From IMG/VR virus record IMGVR_UViG_3300020477_000059, positions 1 through 40,347 of that record: DNA of 40,347 nt, one strand, 5' to 3'. Below are positions 37,313 through 40,347 of this stretch, in pieces; position 1 is the first letter of the stretch; each line of letters begins with the position of its first letter. The position numbers were made by a program, and so were the translations under genes. The notes beneath the pieces were generated by a model that was given only the letters and a program-made list of their open reading frames with translations, ran no database searches and was not told the origin of the DNA. This DNA comes from a virus (Duplodnaviria > Caudoviricetes).

Positions 37313-40309
37313 ATGGCAGATGAAAAGACAGAAGATGCTGAAAAGCAAAAAAGAGAATTAGACAATAAAAAGAGATTGACACAACAATCTCTTTTGTTGA
37401 TGAACTTAAAGAATATCTCAAAACTGAATAGGGACAAGTTTTCCAAAGAAAGCGGTGGGTACAAGAACTATCTCTTGCTGGAGGACAATGAGCCTTGGTC
37501 CTTTATGACAAAACTTATGGGGGTGAACATGCTCCCAACATCTCACTTGAGATCCCACCACTTCTCTGCTCTTGTGCCGGAGATTAGATTTTTCAAGGCA
37601 ATCAAGGACGACACTCAGGAAATTGCTTTTCCCATCCATGCGGCACCAGATCAGAGGACCAGATACAACCACGATTTGTCTGCCGAGATTTCGGAACTGA
37701 CAAGCACAACTCCCAATATTGGTGTTACGAGTGTAGATTGGTCATTTCAGGGAAGCACAGCATACATGCAAGAATCATCTTTGTTGGTGAATGTGAGACT
37801 CCATGCAGAGAGAATATCGGACTTGTTTTGTCAAGTAAGTGGACAACCAGATAGTGATCTGAAGTATTCTGACTTGTTTACCATTTCTTCGAAGTACAAG
37901 TCAGAGGAAGGGAAGAAACAAAAGAAAGAAGATAGAGAAGAAAACCCAGATTATTTTAGATTGAAGTTGCAGGTCGGTTGGAATATATCTCCGGATTACG
38001 AAAAAGTTTTTGGCCAAGAAGAGTCGGAAAACAAAATGATAAAAAAAGCACTGGAGCAGATGCGGAGACAAAAAACCTTAATGGACATAACTTTAGTCAA
38101 TTTTGATTTTGATTTTACCCAAGAAGGTTCCGTTATTGTGAACTTAACCTATAAGTCGTTCCTGCAATCAAAGATGGCAAACCCTTACTATTCCAACATC
38201 TTGTTTGATCGGAATGAGAACAAAAAAGAACAATCCTTGAGGAATGAAATTAGCAAATTGGAAGCAAAGCAGAAAAAGGAAGAAGAGTCTGGAGCTGGTG
38301 GTGCTGGTGAAGGATCTTTCGTGATGCATGGAGTGAACGTAGATCCTGGTATGAAGAATCTAAAAAGAGATGACTCAACATCTGCGAAGTTGCAAAGGAA
38401 ACAGGAAGAGTTGGCAAAAGCTCTATCAAATAGATCCGCAACCTATGCTAGTTTCATCGAAGAACTTATAAAAAGTGGAAATATAAGAACTTATTCTGTT
38501 GCAGAGGAAAATCTTCTCTATAGATTTCAGATGCACAGCAATTCCAAGGATAGGATAGATGATTTAAAATCAGTATGTTCGAAACCGGTGATGTCTGAGA
38601 CATTCCCAGATCTTTCCCTCGTGAAGACGATTGCAGTCATGGGCACTGACAGTGAAACATCCTCTTACGAGGGTGATTTGAGAATGTATACAGACAAGAG
38701 TGGAAAAAAGTTTTATGCATTTTTCTCTCCCGGATCGGTACTACCAGATTTCGGACTCTTTCATGGGCAACGAGAAGACGGACTGATCATGGAAGATCAA
38801 CTCGAACTCCTGCACCACTATGGGTATCTCAACGAGGTTATGCAGGAGATGACACTTCAAGGTTCGCAGGGAGAGACTGGAGCTGGAGGTGCAGTTGTCA
38901 AAGAATTTGCAACAGAAGTTCCGGCTAATTTGGAGAAGTGTGCTTCAAAAAAATTATCACAGAAACAGTCGGAGGCTATGACGAAGAAGATTAATGCCGC
39001 AGCAAAAAAGGCCACCGACGTTGATACGAAAAAGAAGAAGAAAAAGAAAAATGACAGGATGGCGAAAGTGTTTGAGGAAGTTTCCAAACCTGAGTTTTCC
39101 AACGGGCAATATAACATAAAATATTTTTTCCTTGGAGATTTAATAGAAGTTGCTTTGAGAAAGTTGCGAGCTAATCCGGCAGCAAAAGAGGTCAACAAGT
39201 CTTTGCGAGTTGTCGTCGGGTCGGTTGAGTTTACATCCTATGCTTCCGACGAGCAGATTTTTAAGTTTGAAAATGCCTCACTGAAAAATGGATACTTGCA
39301 GGCAACCAGAACAAAACCACCAAAAGCAAATACCACAGGTTCAAAAAACACAGAGGTAAAGACTGATCTGGAAAAATATTACAGAAACATTGCAGACATT
39401 CCAATTTCTTTAAACTGTTTTCTGCATTGGTATAACGATAACTATGTCAAGAAAAGTAGAATGCAGATGCCATTTGACGATTTCATAAGGGGGGCAATGC
39501 AACTTGCTATCCGATCTGTTCTGGTGTTAGATGACAACTCTTCTCTCCTACCTCGGCAAAACGCACCGATCATGAATTCTATTGTCTCCGTTCCGAAAGA
39601 CGATGGTGAGACAAAGGACTATTTTGGTTTCGACCAGAGAGGCAGGCCGCCAAAGACAAGAAAGAAGTTTAGTAAAATTAGGTATGGTGCGAAGGTGAGA
39701 AACGAAGACGACTCTTTCACTCAGTCATCCAACCGTAGTCCGGTTTCTCTCAAGGAATCGAGAATGAACAAGTCTTTTGTGCCAAAACTGTCTGACTCCA
39801 TAAATTATCTCTTGTTGCATAGTATTCCGAAATCTATACCTCCTAATGTTAAGATGAATTTTGTTCAAGACTCCATCAATGGCATCCCACATTTCTTTAT
39901 TGGTGGAAATAGTGGTTTGTTAAAGTCGATAAATTTTAGTTTAGTTAAGAATGCCCTCATGGAAGCAGACCAGATGTTGCGAGATCAGGGAGCATTTAAA
40001 GATCCGAGATTCCCAATAAAGGGAAGATATGACGTGGAGATAACCATGTTCGGGAACACGTTCTTTACTCCCGGATCTGTTATCTGCCTCAATCCATCTT
40101 CTCTTAGGTTGGGAAACATTCTCGATCCCAAGTCTCCAATAAACGAACTTGGACTTGCTGGATATTATAACGTAACGAGTGTGACCAGCTACATACAGCA
40201 TGGAAACTATGAAACAAAAATAAATTGCTCTTTTGCGGGAACTGGCAATGGATATGATCCTGCCGGACGGCACCACTCCACCGTTCCCAAGAGTGGACAG
40301 GAGGATTAA
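37313..40309 (+). CDS. Large baseplate hub protein (gp27 / P2 gpD-like fold, expanded), 998 aa
   Basis: Y.VEITMFGNT.F.PG..I...GYYNVTSV......NYETKI C-terminal hub motif; start moved to ATG 37313, just after the upstream TAG. Confidence 0.7.
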   Translation: MADEKTEDAEKQKRELDNKKRLTQQSLLLMNLKNISKLNRDKFSKESGGYKNYLLLEDNEPWSFMTKLMGVNMLPTSHLRSHHFSALVPEIRFFKAIKDDTQEIAFPIHAAPDQRTRYNHDLSAEISELTSTTPNIGVTSVDWSFQGSTAYMQESSLLVNVRLHAERISDLFCQVSGQPDSDLKYSDLFTISSKYKSEEGKKQKKEDREENPDYFRLKLQVGWNISPDYEKVFGQEESENKMIKKALEQMRRQKTLMDITLVNFDFDFTQEGSVIVNLTYKSFLQSKMANPYYSNILFDRNENKKEQSLRNEISKLEAKQKKEEESGAGGAGEGSFVMHGVNVDPGMKNLKRDDSTSAKLQRKQEELAKALSNRSATYASFIEELIKSGNIRTYSVAEENLLYRFQMHSNSKDRIDDLKSVCSKPVMSETFPDLSLVKTIAVMGTDSETSSYEGDLRMYTDKSGKKFYAFFSPGSVLPDFGLFHGQREDGLIMEDQLELLHHYGYLNEVMQEMTLQGSQGETGAGGAVVKEFATEVPANLEKCASKKLSQKQSEAMTKKINAAAKKATDVDTKKKKKKKNDRMAKVFEEVSKPEFSNGQYNIKYFFLGDLIEVALRKLRANPAAKEVNKSLRVVVGSVEFTSYASDEQIFKFENASLKNGYLQATRTKPPKANTTGSKNTEVKTDLEKYYRNIADIPISLNCFLHWYNDNYVKKSRMQMPFDDFIRGAMQLAIRSVLVLDDNSSLLPRQNAPIMNSIVSVPKDDGETKDYFGFDQRGRPPKTRKKFSKIRYGAKVRNEDDSFTQSSNRSPVSLKESRMNKSFVPKLSDSINYLLLHSIPKSIPPNVKMNFVQDSINGIPHFFIGGNSGLLKSINFSLVKNALMEADQMLRDQGAFKDPRFPIKGRYDVEITMFGNTFFTPGSVICLNPSSLRLGNILDPKSPINELGLAGYYNVTSVTSYIQHGNYETKINCSFAGTGNGYDPAGRHHSTVPKSGQED

Positions 40310-40311
40310 TA

Positions 40312-40347
40312 ATGCCATCATCACCAACTGGTAACAACGGCATGGGT
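40312..40347 (+). CDS. Start of the next gene (MPSSPTGNNGMG...), truncated by the window end
   Basis: SD AGGAGG at 40299-40304 and ATG 2 nt after the previous stop. Confidence 0.55.
   Translation, partial: MPSSPTGNNGMG

Larger units (their letters stand above)
1..40347 (+). mobile_element. Structural gene region of a large T4-related myophage (head, neck, contractile tail, baseplate); no host genes or integration features seen
   Basis: Co-oriented gp23-type capsid, gp13/14/15-like neck, gp18 sheath, gp19 tube, tape measure and baseplate genes fill the window. Confidence 0.97.

Noticed and set aside
28694-40309. Bacterial eCIS, tailocin or T6SS locus
   Set aside because: Contiguous with scaffold, gp23 capsid and neck genes, so this is a phage tail
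1-40347. Stop-codon reassignment, as seen in some large phages
   Set aside because: Long intact ORFs in code 11; TAG (8950, 18621, 19991, 26333) and TGA (27782, 28610, 32173) end genes at sensible points

Overview
The whole 40.3-kb window is the virion morphogenesis region of a large contractile-tailed dsDNA phage distantly related to T4. All credible genes are on the + strand, tightly packed, and use standard code 11 (TAA, TAG and TGA all end genes). Order: three paralogous LamG/ConA-like proteins (the first is cut by the window edge), a 136-aa mini-fibre, a 2243-aa repeat-built fibre, scaffold, gp23-type major capsid, gp13-like neck, a 2110-aa double gp14-like/fibre fusion, another fibre-like protein, gp15-like tail terminator, gp18 sheath, gp19 tube, a Zn-binding tail chaperone with a probable programmed frameshift, a small unknown protein, tape measure, tube initiator, LysM/gp53-like wedge and a large baseplate hub. 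The most notable signals are (1) a T7 slippery site leading into a start-less +1-frame extension of the tail chaperone, (2) an apparently nested insertion of four LamG domains, (3) a tandem gp14-like stopper fused to a fibre, (4) a C-terminal module shared by three fibre genes, one a minimal version of the giant fibre, and (5) a recurrent ACTAYTTA candidate late promoter. All family calls come from visual motif recognition; no searches were run.
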